A stretch of DNA of 64,000 nucleotides from Methanocaldococcus sp. 16A (GTDB lineage Archaea > AGJL01 > Methanococci > Methanococcales > Methanocaldococcaceae), in NCBI GenBank assembly GCA_049860595.1, contig CP187551.1. One strand, written 5' to 3'. Each line of letters starts with the position of its first letter. The first letter of the stretch is position 1. The position numbers and the translations under genes are program-made. This document shows positions 42,413 to 55,189 of the stretch, in pieces. Under the pieces are notes generated by a model, which was not told where the DNA came from, did not search any database, and worked only from the letters and a program-made list of their open reading frames with translations.

Positions 42413-43615
42413 GTGGTGATTGTTTTGAAACATGTTAAAATATTTAATGGAGTTAATGAATGCGATATCTATTTAATTGGAACTGCCCATGTTTCAAAAG
42501 ATAGTGTTGAAGAAGTTGAAAAGATTATATCATCTGTTTCTCCAGAAGGAATTGCTGTAGAGCTTGATGATAAAAGATTTTTTTCATTAATATCAGATAA
42601 TGATGAGAGAAAAGTGGATTTAAAAAAAGTTTTAAAGGAAGGAAATTTCATAAGATTTTTCATATATTTGATTTTAGCTAATTCTCAAAAAAAGATAGGG
42701 GAAAGTTTTGGAATAAAACCGGGTAGTGAGATGAAAAAAGCTATAGAATTAGCAAGTTTATATGGACTTCCTATATATCTGATTGATAGAGATATTGATA
42801 TAACTTTATCAAGATTAATGGATAAAATGAGTTTTAAAGAAAAAATAAAGATTCTTTGGGAGCTATTAAATTCTAATGAAGAAGAGTTAGAGCTGAATGA
42901 TGATTTATTAAATGAGATGGTTGAAAATCCTGAAAAATTTACTAAATTGTTAAAAGAGATATCTCCAACAATATATGAAGTTTTAGTGGATGAGAGAGAT
43001 AGATTTATGGCTAAAAGATTATTTGAACTTAGTAAAGGTAGAAATTCAATAGTTGCTGTAGTTGGAGCAGGACATGTTGAAGGAATTGTGAGATATTTAA
43101 AACAGCTTGAAAATGGTGAAGATATTGATTTAATGGAGTTAATAATGATAAAAAAGAGAAAAAAATCACTAACAAAGCTTTTAACTTATGGTATTTCATT
43201 GGCAATAATTGCTATCTTTTTGTATATTGTGTATTATGCGTTAAGTAATCCTGAATTGTTGAAGATGATTACTTTTCAGTGGATAGTATTTACTGGAGGT
43301 TTATCTGCTTTAGGAGTTATATTAGCGAGAGGTAAGTTGATAACAGCATTAATTGCCTTTCTTTCAGCTCCTATAACAACACTTGTCCCATTACCATTAG
43401 CGGCTGTAGGAACAATAGCAGGACTTGTAGAGCTAAAATATAGAGAAATAACAGATAAAGATTTAGTGGAAATAATAAATGCTGAATCAATTAAAGAGCT
43501 TTTAAACAACAATTTATTTAGAGTTTTGTTAGTGGCAACATTATCAAATATAGGGGCATCAATTGGTGTGTTCTATTGCTTAGGAAAGTTTATAGGTTTT
43601 TGCAAAATCTTTTAG
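42413..43615 (+). CDS. TraB/PrgY (pheromone shutdown) family protein
   Basis: IGTAHVS, IAVELD, PGSEM, IDRDI, LVDERD, VVGAGH, C-terminal TM helices. Confidence 0.92.
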   Translation: MVIVLKHVKIFNGVNECDIYLIGTAHVSKDSVEEVEKIISSVSPEGIAVELDDKRFFSLISDNDERKVDLKKVLKEGNFIRFFIYLILANSQKKIGESFGIKPGSEMKKAIELASLYGLPIYLIDRDIDITLSRLMDKMSFKEKIKILWELLNSNEEELELNDDLLNEMVENPEKFTKLLKEISPTIYEVLVDERDRFMAKRLFELSKGRNSIVAVVGAGHVEGIVRYLKQLENGEDIDLMELIMIKKRKKSLTKLLTYGISLAIIAIFLYIVYYALSNPELLKMITFQWIVFTGGLSALGVILARGKLITALIAFLSAPITTLVPLPLAAVGTIAGLVELKYREITDKDLVEIINAESIKELLNNNLFRVLLVATLSNIGASIGVFYCLGKFIGFCKIF

Positions 43616-43636
43616 GATAAAGTTTGTAAAAACCTA
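43593..43636. mobile_element. 44-bp mini-MITE (TIR TAGGTTTTTGCAAA) with TA duplication, inserted in the last codons of the TraB-family gene
   Basis: TA|TAGGTTTTTGCAAA...TTTGTAAAAACCTA|TA. Removal restores an in-frame ATT GGA TTT TTA GGA TAA. Confidence 0.7.
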
Positions 43637-43672
43637 TATTGGATTTTTAGGATAAAAAAATAATTGAAAATA

Positions 43673-45435
<1,763 letters not shown>

Positions 45436-45443
<8 letters not shown>

Positions 45444-46200
45444 TGTTTCCCCTTTTTATATTTCCAATAATTCTTAACACTGCAAATAATACTATACTAA
45501 TCAAAATCATTCCAACTGATATTGGTTTTGAAGCTCCTAAACCAAAACTCATGAATCTCTCTAATATTAAAACTGGGACGGTTTTTGGATAATAAGCAAT
45601 TATCAATATTGCCCCAACTTCACTGATTCCTCTTGCAAAGCTTAAAATAATTCCTGAGATGATATTATTCTTTATTAATGGTAGGGATATTTCAAAAAAC
45701 GTCCTTATCTTTGAAGCTCCTAAGGTTCTTGATACATACTCAATTTCTTCATCAACACTCAAAAATCCATCTCTTATGCTATTAATCATAAATGGAATTC
45801 CTACAAATAAATAAACAACAACTATTCCCCAGAAGTTATCAACTATATATCTACCAATAAATTTTATAACATCAATACCATAAATGAAAGATAAAATAAT
45901 AATACCTATAACACTGTGAGGTATAGCCATTGGTAAATCTAACACTGCCTCAAGAAAACTTTTAAATTTAAAATCATACCTTGCCAAAATATAGCCAGTA
46001 GGTATTCCAAAAATTAGTGCTATTAAAGTAGCAACAGCCCCAGCTAATAGTGTTGTTTTAAACGCCTCTACAACCTCTTTATCCAATAATAAGCTCAAAT
46101 CTCCAGGATTTGATAACATATAAATGATGGGCAAAAATATGAACAAGAATATCATTACCAAAAACATTGTCATTGCAATATCAAACTTTTCCATGTCCAT
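45436..46200 (-). CDS. wtpB: Tungstate/molybdate ABC transporter permease
   Basis: LDLPMAIPHSVIG, EAA-like loop SRTLGAS, ARGISEVGAILIIAYYP. Confidence 0.87.
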
Positions 46201-46275
46201 CCCCTTAACGTAATTAAATCACCTAATTTATAAAATTTATGTTAATTGAGATTAATAAACAAGAGGAGGGAAGGT

Positions 46276-47259
46276 ATGATAACCGTTGGAATAGACCATG
46301 GGACTTCTGGAATAACCACATGCATAAAAAATAATGATAAAAAGATAATATTTAAACTAAAAAGGACAGAGCTTAAAGAGAAATCTTATTTAGAAGAACT
46401 AAAGAAACATATTCCATTGGAGGATATTGATTTGATTACCTTAACTTACTCTATGGGTGATGGAATAAACAAAATTCTTTCCATAGAGAAAGTTAAAAAT
46501 AGAGGAGTTTTGAGTATTGAAGGAGCTGGAGAGAAGGTTGGAGGAGGAACAAAGGTTTATGATGAGATTAAAGAATCTGGATTACCAGCAGTTGTTATCC
46601 CTGGGCTACATAGAAATGTTAAATGCTTAGATGAGAGGTTTAGAGCTTTATATTCTCATATAGCCTCACCAGAAAAGGTATCAATTGCTTATTATGCTCA
46701 CAAGTTATTTGGGTTCAATGATTTTGTTTTATCCGATATTTCTTCAAACACTGTAACTTTACTAATAAAAGATGCTAAAATTTTTGGTGGATTTGACGCT
46801 TGCATTGGAGCTATTGGTATTTTACACGGTCCAATAGATTTAGAGATGATTAGAGATATAGATGCTAAAAAAATTACAGCTAATGAAGCATTTTCTAAAG
46901 CAGGGGCTGTTAAAATAGCTAAGCTCTACAAAGGTGTTGAAAACACAAAAGAAGAGATAATTAACAACTATTTTAATGATAAAAATTGCAAGTTGGCAGT
47001 TGATAGTTTAATTTTAAGTGTCTCTATGGAGATTAATAGCTTATTGCCCCTATTAGATAAAAATAAAAGAAGAGTTATTTTAGCTGGCTCTATAGGAACT
47101 TTGAGAAATCCAATAGATATTCCAAAGAGGATTAAAGAGTTTGTTGAGGCAAAAGTATTTGCTTTATATGGAGAGAGTGGAGCTATTGGAGGAGCTTTGA
47201 TAGCTGAGGACATTTTAAAAGGTAAAAGAAATATTTTAGGTATTGAAGTGGAGTTTTAA
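46276..47259 (+). CDS. Methanogenesis marker protein 12 (UPF0285, ASKHA fold)
   Basis: VGIDHGTSG, YSMGDG, GAGEKVGGGT, SHIASPEK, DISSNTV. Confidence 0.88.
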   Translation: MITVGIDHGTSGITTCIKNNDKKIIFKLKRTELKEKSYLEELKKHIPLEDIDLITLTYSMGDGINKILSIEKVKNRGVLSIEGAGEKVGGGTKVYDEIKESGLPAVVIPGLHRNVKCLDERFRALYSHIASPEKVSIAYYAHKLFGFNDFVLSDISSNTVTLLIKDAKIFGGFDACIGAIGILHGPIDLEMIRDIDAKKITANEAFSKAGAVKIAKLYKGVENTKEEIINNYFNDKNCKLAVDSLILSVSMEINSLLPLLDKNKRRVILAGSIGTLRNPIDIPKRIKEFVEAKVFALYGESGAIGGALIAEDILKGKRNILGIEVEF

Positions 47260-47997
47260 GTGATAACTATGTATGCGATAGGTTTAGGAGAAGAAAATAA
47301 AAAAGAAATTTTAAAAGCTTATGAAAAATTAAAAGAAGAAGGAATTGAGGTTGAGTTAATTGACAATCCTAAACTGTTAATAGATAATCTATTGGATGGA
47401 GATATAAAAGGAGCTGTTAGGGGCTCTCTATCTTCATCAAAAGTTATTCCCTATTTAAGAGAAAAAATAGGAAAATTTTATAGAGCATCTATTTTAAAAA
47501 ATCCATTTACTAATGAAATTTTTTTACTGTCCCCTGTAGGGATTGATGACATATCAGAGGATAAAAATGAAAGGTTAGAGGATAAAATTAAAATTATAAA
47601 ATATGCCTCTAATTTTTTAAAGAACCATAATATTGAACCAAAAGTTGCTGTGCTTTCTGGAGGAAGGTTGAGTGATTTAGGAAGAAATAAAGTAGTGGAT
47701 GAAACAATATACGAAGCTGAAAAAATTGTGAAGTATTTTAAAGGAGAGCTTGATATAATACATAATGGTATATTAATAGAAGAATATTTAAAAGAGGGAT
47801 ATAATATTATTATAGCCATGGATGGAATTACTGGAAACATAATTTTTAGATGTTTAGGATTAATTTGTAAAATTGAAGGTTATGGAGCTGTTATTTTATC
47901 AGATAAAAATGTTAATTTTATTGATACAAGTAGAAATGCTGATTGGAAGAGGTATTATAATGCCGTCAAATTTTTAACAGGTGGGAGTTTTGGATAA
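47260..47997 (+). CDS. mtxX: Methanogenesis marker protein Mmp4/MtxX
   Basis: AVRGSLSS, SPVGIDD, LSGGR..DLGR, DGITGNIIFR, FIDTSR. Confidence 0.88.
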   Translation: MITMYAIGLGEENKKEILKAYEKLKEEGIEVELIDNPKLLIDNLLDGDIKGAVRGSLSSSKVIPYLREKIGKFYRASILKNPFTNEIFLLSPVGIDDISEDKNERLEDKIKIIKYASNFLKNHNIEPKVAVLSGGRLSDLGRNKVVDETIYEAEKIVKYFKGELDIIHNGILIEEYLKEGYNIIIAMDGITGNIIFRCLGLICKIEGYGAVILSDKNVNFIDTSRNADWKRYYNAVKFLTGGSFG

Positions 47998-48826
47998 TAA
48001 TATAAAAAACAAATTAAAGAGTATTGGAAAACGACTTGCTATTGATTTTTATAGATTTTTAGAAAATTCTGGAGTTTTAAAAATTTACGAAAAGATTTTA
48101 GAAGAATCAATTGATAAAAACAAGCTACCAAAACATGTGGCTATAATTATGGATGGAAATAGAAGAGCGGCAGAGATTTATGGAAAGGATAAATATTACG
48201 GGCATTACTTGGGGGCTGAAAAGGTTAGGGATGTTTTAAGGTGGGCAAGGGATTTGGGAATAAAGGTCGTTACCTTATATGCATTTTCTACAGAAAATTT
48301 TAAACGACCAAAAAAAGAAGTTGATAAACTTATGGAACTTTTTGAAAAAAAGTTTTATGAAATTGCAGAAGATGAAGAAATCCACGAGTATGAGGTTAGG
48401 GTTAAAGCAATTGGAAGGATTAATTTATTACCAAAAAATGTTCAAAAGGCAATAAAATATGCTGAAGATAAAACAAAAAACTACAATAAATTTTTTGTAA
48501 ATATTGCAATAGCTTATGGAGGACAACAAGAAATAATAGATGCTGTAAAAAAGATAGCTGAGAAGGTTAAGAGGGGAGAGATAGAGCCAGAGGATATTGA
48601 TAAAGAGCTGATAGATAAGCATTTATACACTGCTGATTTGCCATTTCCAAATCCTGATTTGATTATTAGGACTTCTGGGGAGGAGAGGATTAGTAATTTT
48701 TTAATTTGGCAGAGTTCTTATTCAGAGTTGTATTTTTGTGACATATATTGGCCGTTATTTAGGAGAGTGGATTTTTTAAGAGCTATTAGAGAATATCAAA
48801 GGAGACATAGGAGGTTTGGCAAATGA
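47981..48826 (+). CDS. uppS: cis-prenyltransferase (polyprenyl diphosphate synthase)
   Basis: HVAIIMDGNRR, YAFSTENF, PDLIIRTSGEERISNFL, RRFG. Confidence 0.97.
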   Translation: MGVLDNNIKNKLKSIGKRLAIDFYRFLENSGVLKIYEKILEESIDKNKLPKHVAIIMDGNRRAAEIYGKDKYYGHYLGAEKVRDVLRWARDLGIKVVTLYAFSTENFKRPKKEVDKLMELFEKKFYEIAEDEEIHEYEVRVKAIGRINLLPKNVQKAIKYAEDKTKNYNKFFVNIAIAYGGQQEIIDAVKKIAEKVKRGEIEPEDIDKELIDKHLYTADLPFPNPDLIIRTSGEERISNFLIWQSSYSELYFCDIYWPLFRRVDFLRAIREYQRRHRRFGK

Positions 48827-49326
48827 AAAAGAACATAATTATATTATTATTTACTGTTATTCTTTGTTCTGTAACTTTGTGTGGCTGTATCTCTTTTGAA
48901 AAAAATATCTCTGAAAAAAATAAAATAGAATATTATAATATAAAAAATAACTCATATATTAATTCAAATACCTCTAAAAATCAAAGTATTCAAAACACTA
49001 ACAAAAATACAATAGATAATAAAACTAATCTTCCAAAAACATTAAATTATGAAATAATTGCTTATGGAGCTTTTGGAGAAAAAAGTAGAGGATATTATTA
49101 CTATCATGAAGACAACAAAACTATAATAGTTATAAACTTAGGAGAGATGCCAACTGCAGGATATGAAATAAAGATAATAAATATAACAAAAACTAATAAC
49201 AGAATTATAGTTTATTATAAAGTTGTTCCACCAAAGGAATTTGCAGCAATGGTTATAACCTATCCTTATATAAAAATATCAGTAAATGGAACATATGAAG
49301 TAGAATGTAGAGAGGTAAAAGATTAA
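48823..49326 (+). CDS. Lipoprotein with PrcB C-terminal-like domain
   Basis: Lipobox LCGC, Asn-rich linker, LGEMPTAGYEI..AAMVITYPY. Confidence 0.8.
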   Translation: MKKNIIILLFTVILCSVTLCGCISFEKNISEKNKIEYYNIKNNSYINSNTSKNQSIQNTNKNTIDNKTNLPKTLNYEIIAYGAFGEKSRGYYYYHEDNKTIIVINLGEMPTAGYEIKIINITKTNNRIIVYYKVVPPKEFAAMVITYPYIKISVNGTYEVECREVKD

Positions 49327-49384
49327 TAATTGGCTGAATATAATAATTTTACAGTTTAAAACACTAAAAAGGAGATGTGGTATT

Positions 49385-50185
49385 TTGAGGGTGGAAGTTA
49401 TTTTTTTAGGATGTGGTGGTGGAAGATGGGCAACAATAACACAAAAAAAGGCAACAGGTGGGTTTAGGATACACACTAATGAACTTAGAATGCATGTAGA
49501 CCCGGGGCCGGGAGCAATAGTAAGATTAAACGAGTTAAAAATATCTCCATGGAGAACTAACGCTTTATTTATCTCTCATTGCCATCCAGACCACTACACT
49601 GATGGAGAAGTTATTGTTGAAGCTATAACCCAAGGAATGACTAAAAAAAGAGGGGTTTTCTTAGGAAATCTCTCAGTTGTTAAAGGTTTTGGAGAGTATG
49701 AATATGTTATATCAAAATATCATCAATCTAAGCTTGAAAAAGTTCAGGTTTTATATCCTGGAGATGAAGTAGAGCTGTATGATACAACAATAAAGGCAAC
49801 ACATACAAAACATGGAGACCCATTTGGTATTGGTTTTAGGTTGAAAACAATTTATGGAGATATTGGCTATACATCAGACACTGAGCTAATACCTCAATTG
49901 ATTGAAGACTTTGATGGAGTCAGAATTTTAATAGCAAATATTGTTAGAAAGAAAAATGAAAGGATTAGAGGACATTTATGTTCAAATGATGCTATAGATT
50001 TAATAAACTCAATGAGTAAAAAGCCAGAGTTATTGATAATGAACCACATGGGAGTTAAGATGACAAATCCTCAAATAGAGGCAGAATATATTTCCCAAAA
50101 TACTGGAATAGAAGTTATTCCAGCAAAATTAGGATTGAAAGTTGAGCTTTTAAATGGGAACTATAAGTATCAGTTAATTAAATAA
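49385..50185 (+). CDS. MBL-fold metallo-hydrolase
   Basis: FLGCGGGR, VDPGPG, SHCHPDH, YTSDT. Confidence 0.9.
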   Translation: MRVEVIFLGCGGGRWATITQKKATGGFRIHTNELRMHVDPGPGAIVRLNELKISPWRTNALFISHCHPDHYTDGEVIVEAITQGMTKKRGVFLGNLSVVKGFGEYEYVISKYHQSKLEKVQVLYPGDEVELYDTTIKATHTKHGDPFGIGFRLKTIYGDIGYTSDTELIPQLIEDFDGVRILIANIVRKKNERIRGHLCSNDAIDLINSMSKKPELLIMNHMGVKMTNPQIEAEYISQNTGIEVIPAKLGLKVELLNGNYKYQLIK

Positions 50186-51435
50186 TTATGCTTTTTTATT
50201 CTTAAAATAGCAAAAACTCCAAGTAAAAAAACCGCTATTGATGTTATTAGTGTAGCTAAACTACCTCCAACAATTCCATAGGCATTTACCAAAATTAAAT
50301 TTAAAACAACATTTAAAATTATTCCAAATAAAATTATATAAAATGAGATTTTTGCATATCCCAAACCTTGAAGTGCAGAGGATATTAAGGTATAATAACT
50401 CATAAATAAAGAAGAGATTGCTAAAATTCTTAGGCATAAAATTCCTTCTGGATTAGCTATTTTAAAAAATGCTATTAATGGAATTTCTGGAAAAAATAAA
50501 CAACCAATAACAAAAATTGATGAAAATATAGTATTTTGGATAATTCCTTCTTTTAATAAGCTTAAATCCTTTGTCTTAGATATTCTTGGAAGAAGTGGAA
50601 TACTAACAGCTGAAGCAAACATAAATATTCCTCTTGATATTAAAGAAGAGTATCCATAAATTCCGCTCCAAAATCCTCCCATAATGGACATTATCACAAC
50701 ATTATCAATATCTCCAAACAATCTATAAGATGATGAGGTTAAAGCAATAGGGATTGAGTATTTTAAAACCTTTAAATTGAAATCTGAAAAGATATTTTTT
50801 GTTATATTTTTTATATCTACTAATTTTTTAAAGTCTAATTTTCCTTTTAATGCTTTATAAATTAAATACATTCCAAAAATCCCTGCTACTAAATAAGATA
50901 GTGATATTGATAATAAAGAACCAAAAATTCCTAAATATAGGGTTAAAATAAAAACTAAAATAACCTTTACTGTATATTCAACAATCCATGTAAAAGAGAG
51001 ATATTTAATCTTTAACAATCCTTGCAGTATTCCTCTTGAAAAGGCTATTAATGTTGAAGCAACCACACAAAACCCAATTGCTAAGTATAATGAGTTGTCC
51101 AAAGATAAATAATACCCTCCCAATATATATTTTACATAGGGAGTTAAAACAAATCCAAATATTGAGAACAAAATCATTAAATATAATATTGGAATATATT
51201 TGTTAATATTTACCTCTTTCTCCTCAGATAAAAATTTTGCTATAGCTGGAGGAATGCCAGAAGAGAATAAAATTGTTAGAGTATCAACTATTGGCATTAA
51301 ACCTTTTAAAATCCCAAATGCCTCTGTCCCTAACAAAAATGCAGTTATGAAATAAAATAGATATGCCATTCCTTTTGAATAAATATTTGAGATTAATATG
51401 TAAATGCTATCTCTACCTAAACTCATAAAAATCAT
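50170..51435 (-). CDS. MOP-superfamily flippase (Wzx/RfbX-like)
   Basis: About 12 TM helices, [26 protein letters not shown]. Confidence 0.85.
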   Translation of the reverse strand: MIFMSLGRDSIYILISNIYSKGMAYLFYFITAFLLGTEAFGILKGLMPIVDTLTILFSSGIPPAIAKFLSEEKEVNINKYIPILYLMILFSIFGFVLTPYVKYILGGYYLSLDNSLYLAIGFCVVASTLIAFSRGILQGLLKIKYLSFTWIVEYTVKVILVFILTLYLGIFGSLLSISLSYLVAGIFGMYLIYKALKGKLDFKKLVDIKNITKNIFSDFNLKVLKYSIPIALTSSSYRLFGDIDNVVIMSIMGGFWSGIYGYSSLISRGIFMFASAVSIPLLPRISKTKDLSLLKEGIIQNTIFSSIFVIGCLFFPEIPLIAFFKIANPEGILCLRILAISSLFMSYYTLISSALQGLGYAKISFYIILFGIILNVVLNLILVNAYGIVGGSLATLITSIAVFLLGVFAILRIKKHNYLIN

Positions 51436-51497
51436 CTTATCCTACTTTTAACTACATAAAATTGTTTTTAATATTTTTAAAATTTGTGGTGAAACTT

Positions 51498-52238
51498 ATG
51501 GGAAGAAAAGATAAAAGATGGATTTTGCAAAGAAAGAAAGATTTTTACTATAAATTAGCTAAAAAACTTAAATATCGTTCAAGAGCTTCTTTTAAATTAA
51601 TGCAATTAAATGAAAAATTTAATGTAATAAAACCAGGAAAAATAGTTTTGGATTTAGGTTGTGCTCCAGGCGGATGGATGCAAGTAGCGAGAGAAATAGT
51701 TGGAGATAAGGGATTTGTTATTGGTATTGACTTACAAGCGGTTAAGCCATTTGAATATGATAATGTAGTTGCAATAAAAGGAGATTTCACCTTAGAAGAG
51801 AACCTAAATAAAATTAAAGAGTTAATTCCAAATGAAGAAAAAAAAGTAGATGTTGTTATAAGTGATGCTTCTCCAAATATAAGTGGTTATTGGGATATAG
51901 ACCACGCTCGTTCAATTGATTTGGTAACTACTGCCTTACAAATAGCTACTGAGATGCTAAAAGAAAGAGGGAATTTTGTAGCTAAGGTATTTTATGGAGA
52001 TATGGTAGATGATTATAAAAATTTAGTTAAAAAATACTTTGAAAAGGTTTATATTACAAAGCCTCAAGCTTCAAGAAAAGAAAGTGCTGAGGTTTATGTG
52101 ATAGCTAAAAGATATACTGGCAAAAAATGGGAAGAAGAGAATAAGATAAAAAGAATTAATAAAGTTGAAGATGAAGGCAATAATGAGTTATTAGTAAAAA
52201 AAATTAAAGAGATGAGGAAATTACACTCTAAGAATTAA
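51498..52238 (+). CDS. rlmE: 23S rRNA 2'-O-methyltransferase RlmE/FtsJ
   Basis: [37 protein letters not shown]. Confidence 0.95.
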   Translation: MGRKDKRWILQRKKDFYYKLAKKLKYRSRASFKLMQLNEKFNVIKPGKIVLDLGCAPGGWMQVAREIVGDKGFVIGIDLQAVKPFEYDNVVAIKGDFTLEENLNKIKELIPNEEKKVDVVISDASPNISGYWDIDHARSIDLVTTALQIATEMLKERGNFVAKVFYGDMVDDYKNLVKKYFEKVYITKPQASRKESAEVYVIAKRYTGKKWEEENKIKRINKVEDEGNNELLVKKIKEMRKLHSKN

Positions 52239-52311
52239 GTGTGAAATATTTTCAAAACATAACTATACCCATTTTTGCCTTTTTTATTTGAAAAATATTT
52301 TGGTGATAATA

Positions 52312-53331
52312 ATGAAGTTTTACAATAGAGAAAGAGAAGTAAATTTTTTAAAAAATTATTGTCTGTTGGAGCCGAATTCTATATTATTTGTTTATGGACC
52401 AAAATCTTCAGGAAAAACTACTGTAATGCTTAGGGTTATTGAAGAATTGTCTAAAAATGACGATATTATATTCTTCTATTACGATTTAAGAGAATACGCA
52501 ACTCCAACAAAAGAGGAATTTTTAGAAATATTTTTTGAAAAAGGTGATAAAAAATACCTACTAAATAAATTTGAATTTAACTTAAAAATTTTCAAATTTG
52601 GAATAGAAGAGAATTTTGATTTTAACAAAGTATCTTTAAATGATGTTTTTACTAAAATAAAAGAAAGTATAAAAGACGTTGTTAAAGATGGTAAAAAACC
52701 TGTATTAATTATTGATGAATTGCAAAAGTTAAAGAATATTTACTTTAACGGGGGTAAATCCTTATTAACTGAATTGTTTAATTTATTTGTTTATTTAACA
52801 AAAGTTAGACATCTCTGCCATGTTATTTGCTTAACCTCTGATACTTTATTTATTGAAGAAATTTATAGAAATTCAACATTAAAAAATGCCTCAGAATATT
52901 ATTTAATAGATTGGTTAAATAAAGAAACTATAAAAAATATTTTAAAAGAAGAAAACTTTAATGAAGAGGAAATAAACTATGCAATTAATTATTTATCTCT
53001 TCCTTATGAAATCTCTCAATTAATCAACAATAAAAAATTAGGATTAACTGTTGAGGAAACTATAAAACAATGGATAAATATTGAATCGGATAGTTTAATG
53101 TATTTAATAGCAAACATTCCTGATGAAACAGATGAAAATAAAATAAATAAAATTTTAAGTATGTTTAAAAATAACATTATGGTTAAAGATTATGAAATTA
53201 TTAAAAAAGAATATATAAAAGAGTTTAAATTCTTAGTTGAAAATGAAATTTTATTTTATGATGTTATTAATGGCATTATTAAGCCTACTTCTATAATTGA
53301 ATGGTTTGCCATTAAAGAAATTATAAAATAA
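52312..53331 (+). CDS. Methanococcal archaeal ATPase (ATPase_2 family, AAA + wHTH)
   Basis: MKFYNRERE, VYGPKSSGKT, IIDELQ, LFNLFV, CHVICLTSD. Confidence 0.88.
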   Translation: MKFYNREREVNFLKNYCLLEPNSILFVYGPKSSGKTTVMLRVIEELSKNDDIIFFYYDLREYATPTKEEFLEIFFEKGDKKYLLNKFEFNLKIFKFGIEENFDFNKVSLNDVFTKIKESIKDVVKDGKKPVLIIDELQKLKNIYFNGGKSLLTELFNLFVYLTKVRHLCHVICLTSDTLFIEEIYRNSTLKNASEYYLIDWLNKETIKNILKEENFNEEEINYAINYLSLPYEISQLINNKKLGLTVEETIKQWINIESDSLMYLIANIPDETDENKINKILSMFKNNIMVKDYEIIKKEYIKEFKFLVENEILFYDVINGIIKPTSIIEWFAIKEIIK

Positions 53332-53347
53332 AAATAAAAATTATTAT

Positions 53348-55006
53348 TTATCTATGTGCATAGCAACAAACTACTTCACTATCTTTTTTATCCACTCTTA
53401 CAAATCCAAATCTCTCAAATTGAATAATGTCATCAACTTCAACCATGTTGAAATCTTTTTCAGCAAAGCCCTCTTTTATTTCACCATTAGGCATTAAAAC
53501 TTTAACCTTTACACTATCTTTTACAGGAATCCAGTGTATAATTTTAGCTTTATTTTTTCTTGCTATTTTAAAGTCATCTGAGTGATATTTAGCTAATGCA
53601 ATATCATTAACTTTTTCAACAACTATATTGAAGAGTTCCATTAATCTATACATCTTATTCTCTTCCAACTCATCTCCAACAACATAAACCTCTCCATCAA
53701 ATATTAATTCTCTTTCACCAAACTCTGGTCTATCTGGATGCATTCTAAGCTTTAAAACTCTCTTTTCAACATTTTCAATAACAAGCTTTTTTGGATTCCA
53801 GACAAAGAAGAATCTCCTTGCATCTTTATCTATAAATTCTTTATTTATTGCATATAGGTTTTCCCATGAAAATTTAACATCTGCCTGCTTAATTCCAATT
53901 CTCTTCATTATTTCATATATTGCTTCAGCTTTAATCCCCCTTCTTCTTAAAGCTCTTAATGTACCTAATCTAACATCATCCCATCCACTATAAAGCCCTT
54001 CTTTAATTCCTTTGTACATGGAGGAAGTGCTTAATACAATATCTTCTATCTTTAAAATTCCATAGTGTATAAATTCTGGCATTTCCCAGCCAAAGTATTT
54101 GTAAATATAAGCTTGTTTTTCAGTATTTACAATGTGGTCTTTTCCTCTCAAAACATGGGTCATTCCCAATAAATAATCATCCACAGGCACTGAGAAGTTC
54201 ATTAATGGGTAGACGCAATATTTATCTCCAGTTCTTGGATGTGGAGTTTTTTCTATCCTAAATATTGGAAAATCTCTTATAGATGGGTTTTTGTGCTTAA
54301 TATCTGTTTTTAATCTAACAGCAACATTTTCAAGTTCTCCATTTAACATTTTTTCCCAAAGTTCTAAGTTATCTTCAACAGCTCTATCTCTACACTTACA
54401 TGGGATTCCTTTATTTCTTAGCTCTCTAAACTCTTCTGGATTGCAGTCACAAACATAAGCATGTCCCATTTCAATCAATTTTCTACCATATTCATAATAA
54501 AGCTCTATTCTATCTGATTGAATAACTACTTCATCAACTTTAACTCCTAACCAATCTAAATCTTCTTTAATCATATCATAAGCTTCTGGTAAAACTCTCT
54601 TTGGGTCAGTATCCTCTAATCTTAAAATTAATCTTCCATTATATTTTTTAACAAAGTAATCATTTAATACCGCTGCTCTTGCATGTCCTATATGTAAAGG
54701 CCCTGATGGATTAGGAGCGAATCTCATAACTACCTTATCTTTTACATTTGGTAGCTCTAAACCTTTCTCTTTCTTATCTTTCTTTTTCTCTTCTATATTC
54801 AATTCTTCCAACTTTTTTTTCATTTCTTCTAACGATAGTTTATTGACATCTTCAACAATTTTTTCTATAATTGGCATTACTTCCTTTGCTTTACTTCTAT
54901 ATTCTGGATTTTCTGACAAAAATATTCCTAAAACTGCCTTTGGATTAGCTTTTCCATTATATTTTATGGCATTTCTTAATGCAATTGCCAAAATCTTCTC
55001 TTCCAC
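53348..55006 (-). CDS. gltX: Glutamate--tRNA ligase
   Basis: [39 protein letters not shown]. Confidence 0.98.
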   Translation of the reverse strand: MEEKILAIALRNAIKYNGKANPKAVLGIFLSENPEYRSKAKEVMPIIEKIVEDVNKLSLEEMKKKLEELNIEEKKKDKKEKGLELPNVKDKVVMRFAPNPSGPLHIGHARAAVLNDYFVKKYNGRLILRLEDTDPKRVLPEAYDMIKEDLDWLGVKVDEVVIQSDRIELYYEYGRKLIEMGHAYVCDCNPEEFRELRNKGIPCKCRDRAVEDNLELWEKMLNGELENVAVRLKTDIKHKNPSIRDFPIFRIEKTPHPRTGDKYCVYPLMNFSVPVDDYLLGMTHVLRGKDHIVNTEKQAYIYKYFGWEMPEFIHYGILKIEDIVLSTSSMYKGIKEGLYSGWDDVRLGTLRALRRRGIKAEAIYEIMKRIGIKQADVKFSWENLYAINKEFIDKDARRFFFVWNPKKLVIENVEKRVLKLRMHPDRPEFGERELIFDGEVYVVGDELEENKMYRLMELFNIVVEKVNDIALAKYHSDDFKIARKNKAKIIHWIPVKDSVKVKVLMPNGEIKEGFAEKDFNMVEVDDIIQFERFGFVRVDKKDSEVVCCYAHR

Positions 55007-55189
55007 ATTACCACCTTTAGAACCATTAACTTTAAAAACCTTAACTGATTATTATGGAAAGGATACTTAAATGTAAGTAACCATATTATAATTATGCAAT
55101 TTTAAAAAGCTCATCTTCAATATTAAAGTAATCTGAGCAGTAATAGTTAAATATATAAATATTGTAAAATATTATTGTGGTGGATATTG

